Below, in pieces: positions 49,900 to 62,609 of a stretch of DNA of 64,000 nucleotides. Numbering within the stretch: position 1 is the stretch's first letter; each line of letters starts with the position of its first letter. The DNA lies in assembly GCA_000708835.1 (NCBI GenBank), contig DF237201.1, positions 57,308 to 121,307 of the forward strand, written 5' to 3'. The DNA comes from Klebsormidium nitens (taxonomy: Eukaryota; Plantae; Klebsormidiophyceae). The translations under genes were made by a program, and so were the position numbers. The notes under the pieces were generated by a model. The model saw only the letters and a program-made list of their open reading frames with translations. It ran no database searches and was not told where the DNA came from.

Positions 49900-52800
49900 C
49901 TCTGCAATACATCTTTTGAGCTTTTATCCCCAGCTCTTGACAGACAGGTTCGTGAATGATTTGGAGCGATCTGCTGCTTTATCCGAAAAGTACAACAGTT
50001 GCCCGCACATGAGATTATTGAGGAGGCGTCCCACGATCAGAGCGCAAGCAAGCATCGAGGGTCGTCAGGCGGTGTCCAACGAGGTGCTTAGTCTCACTTC
50101 TTTACTCACGAGGCATCCTGTTCTGACGCACCAAATTCAAGTGCTCTATCAGATTCCGTCAAATCTTCTTTCATATCCCGTGACATTCGGACCAAAGTCT
50201 TCATCAAGGAGCGATCTGCGAGTTTCTCCGCGCCCGGCGCCAGAGTGACCAACTTCCAAACGTGGAAGCGATTCGAGTCCTCTTGAATTCTGCGCTGTCC
50301 TTTTCTTCGCGCGCAGTTCTAGCTCTAGCAGAGGGGCGCGTCCGTGTAACACGTGGCCATGATGTACTGTTTTATCTCGTTTAACCTGGTTTCGAATCTG
50401 AAACCTCCAGGAGAAACTATAGTATGAATGCTCGCCCAATCTGGCGTTTGGGCTCGGGCCTGTTGCTGCTGCTGACTGCCCAGATCATAAACATGACCGT
50501 TCGATCTGGAAGGTTTCACATGCACGGACGAATCAGAAGGGCCACTGAATCTGGCGGCGACTGGACGCTAGTCAACAAACAGCCCAATCCTTCTTCTGAA
50601 AAGAAATTCCGAAGAGGCTGCATTTCTGTTCAAGTCTTCAAGTACACCTGACAAAAAGCTGGTTCCAAGCCACTTGTGCGCTCTTTGAGCAAGGACGGCA
50701 ATCTGTAACGCATTCTTTGCAGTCACGAGCAATGGGAAAACGGGTGACGCAGTCCAACTTACCAGGGGCTTAGAATATATATTCCAAATCATTGTCCCCG
50801 GTGCCAGGAATATACACAAGCGATAGTGGCTATATTCCCGGGCCAACGCAAACGTACCTGGGGAAAGCTTTTCGAGTGGTATTCTTCACTCGAGAAAGAT
50901 TTTACGTTTGGAAGAATTGAATCACATTAAGTGGCAATGACGAGTGCTGTCATATTGGGTCCTTTGACAAGCTCAGTACTTGATAGCATGGTCGGAGCTT
51001 GGTTGACTCGCCGCAACGTGACATCGGTCCAACCGGCTGGCTACTTTGTGCACAATCTGCCCGTTTAGAACGTACCGCAATCCGGACGAAGCACGTCAAA
51101 TACCTTGAAAACCATCACGAAGCCATGTTTGTAGCACAATTGATCACATAGGTTGCTTTCGCCTACTAGCGCCGGTCAGTGCTGTACTTCGAGATGTGCT
51201 TCGTTGGTAGCTCTCGCTGATCATATCAAGCGCTCGCAAACGAGCGGCCCTGCTTTAGAGCCCGGTTTCATTCCCGAACCACCTTGTCTTCCGCTAGGCT
51301 TTCTTGCATCGACGATTTTTCTCTTCTGACCCTTATTCCCTTTCGAACCATCTTCGAAAAGCTTTGAAGCGTGATTTGCTATGAATTCAAAAGCGGACTT
51401 ATATGTGCATGTGCAAATCCTCCTGCAGCGGACGCTTTTCGAAGGAGGTATTGTCTTACAGAGGCGGGTAAAAACTGACATCAAACCAGCAAAGATTGCA
51501 ACTACTCTGAGCCAGACTTCTTTGTCAAGCTCAGGACTGATCATCGGCGAAATTCTCCTGAAGCTGGTCTGAATCTTGAATCGGCGCCCCTAAAGTGACC
51601 CGTGCAGGCAGCGCTCTCCAGTCCTTTGAGCGCGCCAATCATTGGGCTGCTTTTGATGAAGTTTCATATCCATTTTAAGCTTTGACCACGTTTTATCGAG
51701 AGTACTATTCCACATTTTTCAGATGTCGCGGCTTCGTTGACTCTGCACTTGCGAAGGTGAATCAACTTCGCTTGACAGCGCGCCGTCTTCACGTTCCTCG
51801 CGTTCTGTTGCGGCGACGTGTCGTGGCTACGGATACGTTGAGTGCTGACTCGAGTGGGCTGACAAGCTATGTGGTCTAATTGGCACAGAGCGCCAAAACG
51901 CTGAAAGGGGGACGTATTCCCTCGCAAAATTGCTCACAGAAACACTATTTGCCGCCCCGACGATATCGCGATTCGCACCCCAAAACCAAAGTATGGGAAG
52001 GACAATTCCGTCATACATCATAAGAAAGCCTTAGTTATATCTCACCCATATGTCTGCACGCCTTGAATGCCGCCCTATACGATTTCATATGTTTCCCGGA
52101 AAGTGGGCGGTTCTAGAGGAACCCCGCAGATTACGGGCGGCGCCGCTGACTTTAGACGTACTGACATTCAGCCTTACGGAACGGCTCTCATGTCTTTCAA
52201 GCTGTTGGGCTTTTGCGCACACTGCTTCCCCGAGCGATGAGAGCAAGATTGGCCATATCTCTTGGCACCACCTAGATTGTGCGTCAGGCTCCGGACGCAA
52301 GGCATGATGTTGGACGGAAGTCCTGAAGCCATCCGTTGATGCACCTCAACCTCAAATGAAGCTGCTCGTATTCTCGCCGATCGTAATTTGTCATATTAGT
52401 TTACTGAGGATCTTCATTTGATTTCGAGCTTGAGAGGCGCCCGGCCTCTCCTGCAAAGCTCTCTGCAGTCTCCCCGGCCATTTGACGACTATTCTATCTC
52501 TCAGAGCTTGCAGGTCAAAACCCCAACGTGTTGTACTGTCGGTAGCTGAACGTTTCCGCGAGTAGCGCCATTGCGAAGCAGACTTGACTCTGGTACGGGG
52601 ACCTTAAGCGTCCTCTTAAGCTGCGTCGAAGCACTTTTGTGATGTCGTTTTGAAGTTTAATGGGCACAGCATTTAGACGCTTGGACCGCAAAGCTGCGTG
52701 CCTGTGATACGCGAAGCGCATGTAGGTCTGGAAGTCGTCAGCATAACAACCCGAGTAGAATCGTGACCTGCTTCACTTCATCAAAAGGAGCATCAAGACG

Positions 52801-54500
52801 TCGTCAGATCTTCCGGCCAATCCTTACCAGCCTGCAAGGGTTAACGTTGCTGCCGAAACGCCCTACCATCTTGTCTTTCAGCTCGATCGGTACGCACAAA
52901 TCTTATTACAATACCTGTATTGCTTGATTGGTTTGAACATTTTGAAAATGTGACAACTCGAGCGTTGAGTGAGCTCAAGCATTGATCAAAGTAGTACTCG
53001 CTACCTTGGGCGTCGGGTCTTTTGCGGTACACCGGCAATGGCTTTGTAGGTTGAAAGTGTAGATCATGTGATCACCAGCAGCACAAACCATCTGCTTGCA
53101 AGAACCTGGCAATGATTTCCTCTGCATCTGGGCTTGAGCATCGTCCGAATTTAAAAGCTCGGACTTTCAACACGGTGATATTTCTGATGCCACAGCTATT
53201 CCAGTCGTTGCACTTCCTGTATGTATCTTTTGATCTGGCTCTCCACCCACAGTCGAGTTGTCCATATGAAAGAATCAATCCCTGTCCTGGCGCTTTACCC
53301 ATGTGGGCTCTGTTTGTTTCCGTATCAATTTAGTTTTTTGTCACCCCTCTCTGTATGTTCTATCTGACTAGCAGCGACTGATTCTTCACTGAATAGTCAC
53401 TCATGGCCTCTATTAGCTGCTCGCTGTGTCCAAGATCTGGCTGGGATGAGCATGTGGTTCAAAAATCAGCTCGTCGGCTGAAGCATGAAGGGGGGCCTTG
53501 CTGAAGCCGGTTTGAAGAAATTTGAAGGGCTCGTTTCTCCCTGATCATTTTGAGTGCTTGCAAACCGTAAATACGGAAAGGTGGTCACGTTTGACAAGAG
53601 TCTGACCAGAGCGCAGCATCAGATGACAAGGATTTTGTACATTGACCCGGCACTCGTTCCGCTCTATGTCACGGTGCATGATGTTGTGGAATTTCGCTCC
53701 CTAGTTTGCATCGGCACCACGGCATCAAAACAAGTCACGCAATTTTCTTGGGCATTCCCTGCTCTGCTGGCCACTGGGTGCCGGTGCCAACGTGAGCACA
53801 GATTTATGCAACATGTGTTGGTGTGATTTGCCACGGACAGACGAACCTCCACCGGGCATCTCGAGCTCTAGAGAAGTTTCGGCTTTCGGGCCGACGTACG
53901 TTTTCGTTTGTTGCGAGCGTTTGTGATGATCCGCGCAGACTGGCCCCTTTTAAGCCCCCACCTCTCGGTGGGTCGTTCGGGTAATTTGAGACGCCCTCTA
54001 CTACCCACTTAGCAACCCTATAAGTCAATTCCAATGCAATTGACGACTAGAAACGTTTGTTAGGATGTGTGAACGTTTGGCGAGGATGATACTTGACCTC
54101 TTGGCTCTTTGCCTGAGCAAAAAGTCACCCGTGCGGGTCGAGAAGAGTCTGACGCCGACGTATGGCCGTAAGTCGTTCTCATGTGAGGTCGATGCGATTC
54201 TTGTGCTCTGCCCGTCTCGGTCGGAATACTGTCTTAAGGATTGAAACTTTTGGCGGTACTTTGGTGTGCACATTTTTTATTCTCATTATGCGCATACTGC
54301 CGTATGCGCGTACACAGCTGTCTATGAGCAAAACTTAAAACGTGCAGCCCACGTCAGATTTCTGTGGTCAACATGCAGCTTAGAGACAGGCTCACGTCCC
54401 CTCTCGGACAGCCGCAAGCGGGAAGCTTCATGCGTGACAGTGTCTGATTGGGCCAAGGCCGGTGGTTAAGGTATTAAAAATTGCACACCATGCATGGCCA
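49900..54500 (-). pseudogene. Decayed long ORF (cluster 2)
   Basis: ORF 51221-51544 (PELDKEVWLRVVAIF...). 50935 and 51490 align with 57215 and 57800 (period ~6.3 kb). Confidence 0.55.
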
Positions 54501-54599
54501 CCGTCGGCCGTGACAGTTCTGAAGCACTTTGGGCAGCTTACGAAAGTGCTTAAGCTTCTGCCCTATGAAAAAACATGATGCTGCAGTTACGATCGATTG

Positions 54600-57500
54600 A
54601 TCTGACGATTCTTCATGTCAGGATTGTCTGTCAAAGGCATCCTTCCTTGTAAAGCGGATTGCAAATCTGTTTGGAACTTTCACCCTCTTTCGATGTACGA
54701 CGTGATTGATCCCAGCGGTAATGTTGATTTCCTTTTCCTGACCGCTTGTTCAAGTTTTTAGTAAAGGACTCCCGCTTACAAGCATCTCACCAAGAATTAC
54801 AAACAACAATTGGCCATGAATCGTACCTTCCCGCTTGAGACTTCCTTTCCAGCTATCTTGATTCTGATGCCTCTCAAAACTTCAATGACTGAAACTGCCG
54901 CCCAAAATAGTCGAGATTACCAACAACTGCCTGGAAACAAGTCTAGGAGAGGCTTGGACTGAGAGCGAGCGAAAACGGGGGGGCATTTGGGCGGTGTTCG
55001 AAAGTTTTCTTCTCTTTGGCCCCGACTGGGAGCTCGTGCGTCAGGACCCTATGACGCTCCCCTCGTTTCTATCTTGTCACCGATCTCGGAATTGAATCAC
55101 TCTTTATAAGGCACAGTCGTGTCCAAAAGCGCCCAGTGGCGCCAATACAACAGGTGATGAGATCCCTTCGCTCTACGCCGTCCACATTTTCCGCGCAAGT
55201 ACTCTAGAGGGGTCTATCTCCAGCAAAACTTGGCTACGATAATAGCATTGGAGCGAGCGGTTTCAGCACGCGCTGACAGCGATTGGGCCTCCAAGATGAG
55301 CCGGGCTGCACCTCATGTTTGCGTTCCCTGTTCTTCTTCTTTGCATTCCCAAGGGTTTGACTTTGAAAGACCTTTGGATTTTATAAGCGCTTGCGATCGT
55401 TTACTGTCGAGGCTGTCGGTCTCTTGCTGCCGACTACCTAGCCGCCGGAGCCTTGGCCACTCTTCTGGAAAAGTGCTCGGGGGCCTCCGTATGAAGACCC
55501 GATTTGCTTCCAAACATCGTTGCATCTGGTAGACGGGTTGCGCTACTTTCACGTGTTCCGTCGAGGCGGATGCGTTGCTATTAAGGCCCAATTGTTGGCA
55601 TTCTTTCGGCCCTTGCTTCAGGGCCTGCTAGACCAGCTGCAAAGCTGGCTTGACTCACCGACTTTGTCCGGCTGGTCGAGTTCGTTCAAAAGTGATGTGT
55701 CTTTCACGTTTACAGTCCCTCATTTGATAAGAGGCGGCTGTCTTTAAGTATTTGTACGCACCTTTGATGTCGTATGCACCACCTCGCCCATCCAATTGGA
55801 TGACTCAAGTAATCTACCAATTGCAAATAGGATCCTCCCTCCGACTGCACAGCTCGGGCCCTGTCACGCCTCTTGAATTCAGAGCCGTTTAATTCAGATT
55901 TCTGGGCTGTTGAGTTGTCGTGTTGCATGAATTACGGTTTAACTTGGTTCATAGCGCGCTGCATACGTTGGGCTCTCGCATATCTTCTCTCACATAGAAC
56001 TGCCAAGGCGCATTCATGATCTCCGGACGCTTCGCTCACCCCACAACCACCAAGCGCGCGGGCGCGCGCGCGAGCGCCTTTTGTAGATCAACATGTTTGA
56101 CCACAAGGACTCTTATGTATGACGCCTGGCCGTAAAAATGCTCGCTCTGTTGCGAGCGATTGTTCAATGCCTGTTGAATTCGTCCGCCTTACGTCAACAC
56201 GCACGATAAGTGCTCAGAATTCAATTTTGACTTCTCTTGAAGCCCTTGCATGACTCATCTGACTGGTTGCTTCCCTCTTTGGGGTTCCTCAGGCGCCGCC
56301 GGATGCAAGAAACCTTGGCAAAAATTACTGGGCAGTGAATGGAGGCCTGGCCAAAATCCGCAGGCGGAGTAGTAACATGGCCGTAGTTCTGATGCCAAGC
56401 TCTTATGAAGTGGACCCCCATTCACAGGGTCGAGCCGTACAATGTCAATTGCGGGAAGCATGCATGCCAGATGTTACGATGTCCTTGTGTGTTCCGTACA
56501 TGTATACGCCAGCGCGCTAGCGATGAATTTGGGTTTAGACATCAACTTGACAGACTTGAGCTGCACGCTGGTCAATGCTGACTTCAAGAAGAGGATGATC
56601 GTATTGACTGATCATCCTTTCGCTGTCCAGTACTAGTCTCAGAGAAAAGCCACACTCTAGCTACGACTACGGACGCACTCTTCATGAGCAGGTTCTAAGT
56701 TGCGAGTCTCGCCTTCCAGATTCGTTGTTTTGCTCCTCGCATCCATGTAAACTCATGATTCTGTCCGGTCGTGACGGTTTCAAAAAGGCGGGTCAGCATG
56801 CCGGATTGAACATACTGGCAGCGCCCAGAAGCCAATCTACTGTCAGCCATCTCTTCATCTGATCGAAGTTTCTCAAAGTCATATTGAAGTTTCGGATTTT
56901 CGAAGGTGGTGATGCACTCCGGTGTTTTGAAGTGATTTTACTATGCTGACTTTAAGCTTCGGCACTACCAGGACACGTTGTCAAAAGTCACGCAGTTCTG
57001 CATATAATGTCAGAGAGAAGACGGGTGCGCTTTAGAATGAACGTCCAGATGGCCTTTGTTCTTTCGAAGTCGTCATCAGCGGTGCTGAAGTACTAGCGAA
57101 TACAGAACAGACGGGTGTTACAATCTGATAGTCTCATTGGGATACGCTTTGCCCGCTGAGATTTCTGATACGCGACACTCTCTTTGAACGGAGCGTATCC
57201 CCATATTCCATGATGAAATGGCAGTGACGAGTGTTATCAAACTGGGTTCGCCGACGAGCTCAACAGGCATGACAGGCGTTCTCGGAGCTACGCTAGATAA
57301 TTTTCAGGCCGCACTATGTCCTGCTCAATCTCAGGATCCGGTTGATCTCGCCAGTCCTTGAGGTTGGGGTCTGCTGAACTGTCCTAGAGCCCGGCCGGAA
57401 CTACTCCGCCTCCTTTCGTGCCACACCTCTTTTCGACGTGTCGATCTTCGCAGGCACGTCGAAGACTCCCCTACCTAGTTAATTCTTTTTTACGAATGAG

Positions 57501-58400
57501 TTCTGGACAACGATGATCGCTCGGGTTGCTTCCAACTAGCTCCGATCATTTTGTACTTGGGGACGGGTCAGTATCTTCTGGCCCGCACGTAAGCTTGCTA
57601 GTGATATCCTTTATATCAGTATCTTTTTTTCATGTCTCTTTTCGGCACCATCTAATTGATTCCCAGGTCCAAGTAACGGTCACTTCACCAGCCAAGTCCA
57701 CCAGAATACCAGGTGCATACGTTGCATCCCTTTTAGTCTTCTGCGATTCGATGTCGAAGCAAGTACCATAGTTAGAGATGGAGGGAAAGCTGACTTTCGG
57801 CCAGCAAAGATAGCAACCCTGAGCCAAACTACTTTTGCAGCTCAAGATAGCTTGTGTATGGTTCTTCTGAAGCTGGTATTGCAAAAGTGGGCGCCGTTTG
57901 GTTGACCCGTGACAACTCTAGGATCTCCCCTTGAGCGAGTCCGTAGGCAGCCTTCAGATTCCAGGGTTTCCATTGGGTCAAACGATTCGATTTCTTAGGT
58001 CGTAAAATTTTCATAAATGTCCAGTGGCACTGAGGTTGTGCGGTTACCATTTTTCCCGTAGTACTGTGGCACCTCCGATGAGAAATCGTACGTTGCTCCC
58101 TCTTGAGAGCGGGCGCGGGCCCGTGCCCAAATTCGTCGCAGCGTGGTCGCGACGTCTTAGCGCAAGCTCTCGTTGCAAAAAGCAGAAAGTTGGCTTTGAT
58201 CAGGGCCCGGTGATCCCGGGATCACCAACAAGACAGTAATATTTAGCGCGCCGAGCGACGGTACGGGGACGGTACTGGTTGCCAGAAATCTACATCAGCA
58301 GATGACCACGTGGTACCATCTCGGCGACCAAACACCATCAGTCTTTCCTTAGTGGTCGCTGAATGCGGATGCATCCGCCAACGTATTTAATTCCTTTCTA
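54600..58400 (-). pseudogene. Decayed long ORF (cluster 2), last copy before the host gene
   Basis: HSSLPFHHGIWGY at ~57200-57235. CCAGCAAAGAT.GCAAC...CTGAGCCA shared with 51485. Long minus frame with scattered stops. Confidence 0.5.
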
Positions 58401-59038
58401 TTGTTAAATAGGATTGGTATAGACCTCGCTACGGGCCTCGCGAACGAGCCGCCGCTGCAACCTGGCTCCAACTTCTTTCCGCGCGCGCATGTTAACCCAG
58501 TCACCAAGTGGCCGTCGATAAAATTTTGATCCTCCAATCAACGGTTCATTTATATGCGGGTTCGTCGGTGATCAGTGACAAATATAACCGCTCTGGAGTC
58601 CATGCGCTTCCTTTGTGCAAGCTCAGAGCTAGGATAGGTCCTGGATAGGTCTCTAGGTATCCTCCAACACTTCCAGTACCTACTGTACCGCTGAAAAGCG
58701 CCCAACAGTCTAAAGAGTACTTCTCCGTTCAGGCTGGCAAGATATCTCTAAAGCCTTTTCAGTTCTCGCTAAAATGGCACGCGCTCACACTTGCCTGCAA
58801 AGATTCTTTAGGCAGGGCTGTCCAATGCAGCAAAGATCCAGAGGGGCCGAACAAATCAGAAGAGAAGAGCACTGGCACCTTTCTCTGGAAGGGCTGGCAG
58901 TAGTGAAACGCTTTGCAGCATTGGGAGAGCAGACTGTTCATGCTGCTAAGGCCAGGAAGGGCAGGAGAAGGGAGAATAAGCGCCAGACGCTAATAGGAAT
59001 CTGAGGCTGAGGGCGTCAGGAGAAGACAGCATTGCAAA

Positions 59039-62000
59039 ATGGCGAGGAGGAAGATCAATGTTGCCGCCGCAACGGCGTCGGCGTTCAAGCTTCTGATCAA
59101 GATCCTCAATGGCATTGTCGTTGTGAGTTGCTGGACCCCCTCTCCTGGTGCAGACAATCATGACGTTTGAGAGGAAGATTTATAGAAGCATTGCAGTAGA
59201 CGGCGCTGTCTGACTCTGGTCAGGGCTGCATTTAGTTTGCAGTAAAAGGAGGGTTTGGAATGGACTGGTATGCAGTCTGCCATCGTTAGTTGGCTGCAGA
59301 TAGTGTGGCAGGCTGAGGGCAGCGCTACAAAGCAAGCAGGAGTCGTAGGATTAGCATTTTCCTTATGCTCCAAGACCCTTAAGGCAGAGGGCCGATTGCA
59401 TCTGAGGTGTCTGTCGTCACTGGCAAAGGGCATGGGGTTTCTGAAACCTAGGCATCGAGCAAGGGTTTTCCACTCCGTGCCCTGCGTGCAACTGTCACAG
59501 CAAGTTGCCCGCCCCCTTTCTTTCCACCCGCGTCGCACCAACGGCCGTCTGTATGGACAGGGAATGATGCAACTTGAGCCTGTTCCTGGACATATGAAGC
59601 AAACAAACAGAGTTTCTTATCTGCCAAAATAGCAAATTGAGAAGGGATACCCTGCAGTAGATAGTAGCAATTTTTTGGAGACTGCATAATCTGGATGTTA
59701 CTCCTGAACCTCAAGGAAAGAACATGGAAGCACTACTGAATGATGCGCTGTTGTTGCAGTTGGGAGGCATCTGCATGATCATCATGGTCATCTTGCTGGA
59801 GAGCCCCGGTGCACCGTCTGTCGCCCCTGGCTGGTGAGACCGCTCTCGTGTCTTCGAATATAGAACAGTCTAAGAGATTACTCTTGCAATGAGATATCAG
59901 CCTTGGCAGAGCAAGCTCCAGGGTTGCTTCAGTGCAGGCCGGAGGGGAGTGAATATAACAGGTAGCTGAGATTACACTTCTGCATTGTTTGCTGGTGCCA
60001 CGCGCCCCAATGAGACGTGTGTTCTAAGCTTGTTTACAATCTACTCGTGGCGGACAGCAACCCCATCGTTTTCAGTATGCCCATCAAGGAGATTGTTATG
60101 CATTGCGCAAACTCTACCCCTGCTTACGAAACCTCTGCCCCCAATCCTACTTCTGATTGACACCGCCGCAACCTTCCCGCCCGGTTGCAGGACCTGCATC
60201 ATCCTTGGTGTCATTACGCTCCTGGCCGGCGTCTTTGGCTTTGCTGCTGACACCAACGTTGCGCTCTACATCATCCACCTCGGGTTTGCGGCCCTCGCGA
60301 TCCTTGGCTGCGCTTCCGCTACGCTCGCTACCTTCGTCAACGTAAGTAACCGGAACCCGCCAATGAATGATCACCTTATCGGTCTTACAAAAGCAATTTG
60401 CCTTTAACAGCTCTGTTCCTAAAACCAGCAAGCCTGTAGTGACTGTAAAACGGACTTAGTGTTGTAAGAGCGTTAAATGTAAGAGTGCCACAGCTTTGTA
60501 CCTGACGATGCTCTGACGAAAGCGGGCACAGGCAGAATCTGTTGCATCATCACGCGTCGTCACGATGGAGCTGCCATTTTTGCAACCAACGAGTCTTCGA
60601 GGCGCCTGATTAGAGTCATCGTAGTTTGGGACAAAGCCAAACAAAGGATGCCTAGAAAGGGGGACAAACGTCCCCAGCTGTCGTCCCGTTTGGAGCGGCA
60701 GCTCGCTCCCGTTTTCTGTGGGCCTTTCGAAAGCTGCCAGAGTCTAAAAACAGTGGCACATGAACGCTCGTCGCAGGGTCTGAAGCCATCCTTCGCTGTC
60801 ACTCCTTGACCGAAGGCGGGAGTATGTTGTGCAGACAGATTTGCTGGCCGTAAATTGGGCAAGCATTGAGCAGAGAGAGGTTAAGATCCGGACAAAGGAG
60901 TCCATGCTCTTCGGGCTCCCTCTCGTTCCAAGCAGACTCCGAAGACAACGAAACGTGGACGTCCTAGGTCAAAATCATGCCTGTCTTGTTGTTCCAGACT
61001 CTCGACAGGCCATCGAGCCGGGAAGGGCAAGTTGCGAGGACGGTTAAAGGTTGGAGGATTCCAGCACTACCGAGCACAGTCCGAACCTTGACCAACTAAG
61101 CGTTCGGTCAAAGTCCACACACACATACGCGCATACACACACATAAACGACACATCCTTGCGTCTCTTTGCTTTGATACATCTTCCGGTGACACTCAGCG
61201 CGACCCCGTACAGGCGCGGCGCATCACCGACAGCACGCACTTCAACCCGAAGCGCTTCTCGGACCCCAAGGTGCTCAAGTTCTTCAAGGGCGCCGCGTGG
61301 GCGTTCCTCGCCGTGCTGCTCGCTGAGGTGAGGGCTGTGCCTGGAATGGTTAGGCATAGGTTTTTGGGCCACTTTCTCCTTCTAAAATGCTGCAAAGCCC
61401 AAGTTCTGACGGGTCTGAAAGACGTTCCTTTTGGACTCGAAAGTCGCCTGACATTGGCTTTCGAATGATTCGTGGAAATGGCCTGTTCGGTGAAGATCTG
61501 AGCAATCGCAGGCGGACTCGCGGAATTGGGTGAAGGCATAGTCTTATAGGGTGCAGGGGGCGGTGCAACCACGTGATCGTTCTGCGCTAACCCGAATGCG
61601 GTCCGGGCTTGGAAGCCACCCCCCGAAAGTCTGCTGACGCACGAAGCTGGTCGATTAAAGACGAGTCAGCCACTCTTGCCGTCGCTCTCTGACGTCACCT
61701 CAGATGGCTCCGCGTACGCACATCCGGTTTGCCCGCCTCGCAATCGCCGCATGAGTCTAGTTTGTCCCCCGTCATTGACTAACGCTCGAAGGGTATTCTT
61801 CCGCAACGTTCCGGACTAAACGACGACAACGCGTCAGACAGTCGGCATTTGTTTGGACCGCGTTTGCTCGAACTTCGCTAACCCCTCCCGCTACGCCTCC
61901 GGAACACGAGGGCAGTGCATAAAGGCGCCTTCTGTCATCACTCGATTGGGCCATACCCGAGCACTTGATACTTCGCTGTGCACTACGTGTCTTCCCACCT

Positions 62001-62609
62001 CACGGCTCTGCCACGTGTCCAGATCGTGGAGATCGTACTGGGCGTGATCGTGCGGCGCTGCCTGCCCGACGACCGGTACATCGACCTGGCGGAGTACAAC
62101 GGCGAGCGGAGACAGGTGATGATTCGATCTCAAGGTCTAGTAAAGATAACCTGGACAGGTGGGGTTAGTGTGGGGATAGGGGGTGTGGAGCAGGTGCATC
62201 TCCAATTGATCTGAGCTCAGTTGTATCATTGTGTTGGCTTTATGCTATTTTGGCTTGAAACAATCTTGGCCTGTTTTATCTTGGAAAGGTACAGCTTGGC
62301 TTACTCCTTTTCAACTTATTGTCACGCCCACGGAAACTGTCAACTTATGAACGTCGTTTTGTGACCCTTCCGATGTACGGGATCCGGACTACTTTTTTAT
62401 TGGAAGTTATTTTTCGATGATTTCCAAGTGCCGAGTTGACCTTTTTAGGGATCATTTGGCTTGCTATAGCTTTGCCTCATTATTATCCTTCCTGAGGATT
62501 GCAGGTGATCATGGACATCAAGGCGAAGGCGGACAAGAACACGGACCGGACGGAGAAGGCGCGGACGCAGAAGCTGGCGGACAAGATGAAGGACAAGTAC
62601 GGCAAGTGA
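59039..62609 (+). CDS. Tetraspanin-fold four-TM membrane protein (TOM2A/TET18-20-like), 6 exons, ~211 aa
   Basis: Exons 59039-59122, 59760-59833, 60191-60341, 61199-61327, 62023-62115 and 62505-62609 join in frame through GT-AG introns: MARRKINVAAATASAFKLLIKILNGIVV/LGGICMIIMVILL..W/TCIILGVITLLAGVFGFAA..TFVN/RDPV..FKGAAWAFLAVLLAE/IVEIVLGVIVRR../VIMD..KMKDKYGK*. Strong GC3 bias. The 3' end is provisional because the TGA overlaps a GTGAGT donor. Confidence 0.85.

Noticed and set aside
54288-54311. Hairpin ATGCGCATAC-TGCC-GTATGCGCGT as a Helitron 3' end
   Set aside because: No CTRR terminus at the expected distance on either strand, and no Rep/helicase remnant seen.
34967-58900. CAT gene continuing across a giant intron
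   Set aside because: No good donor after GLL, a frameshift upstream, and no further GC3-rich CAT exons found in the window.
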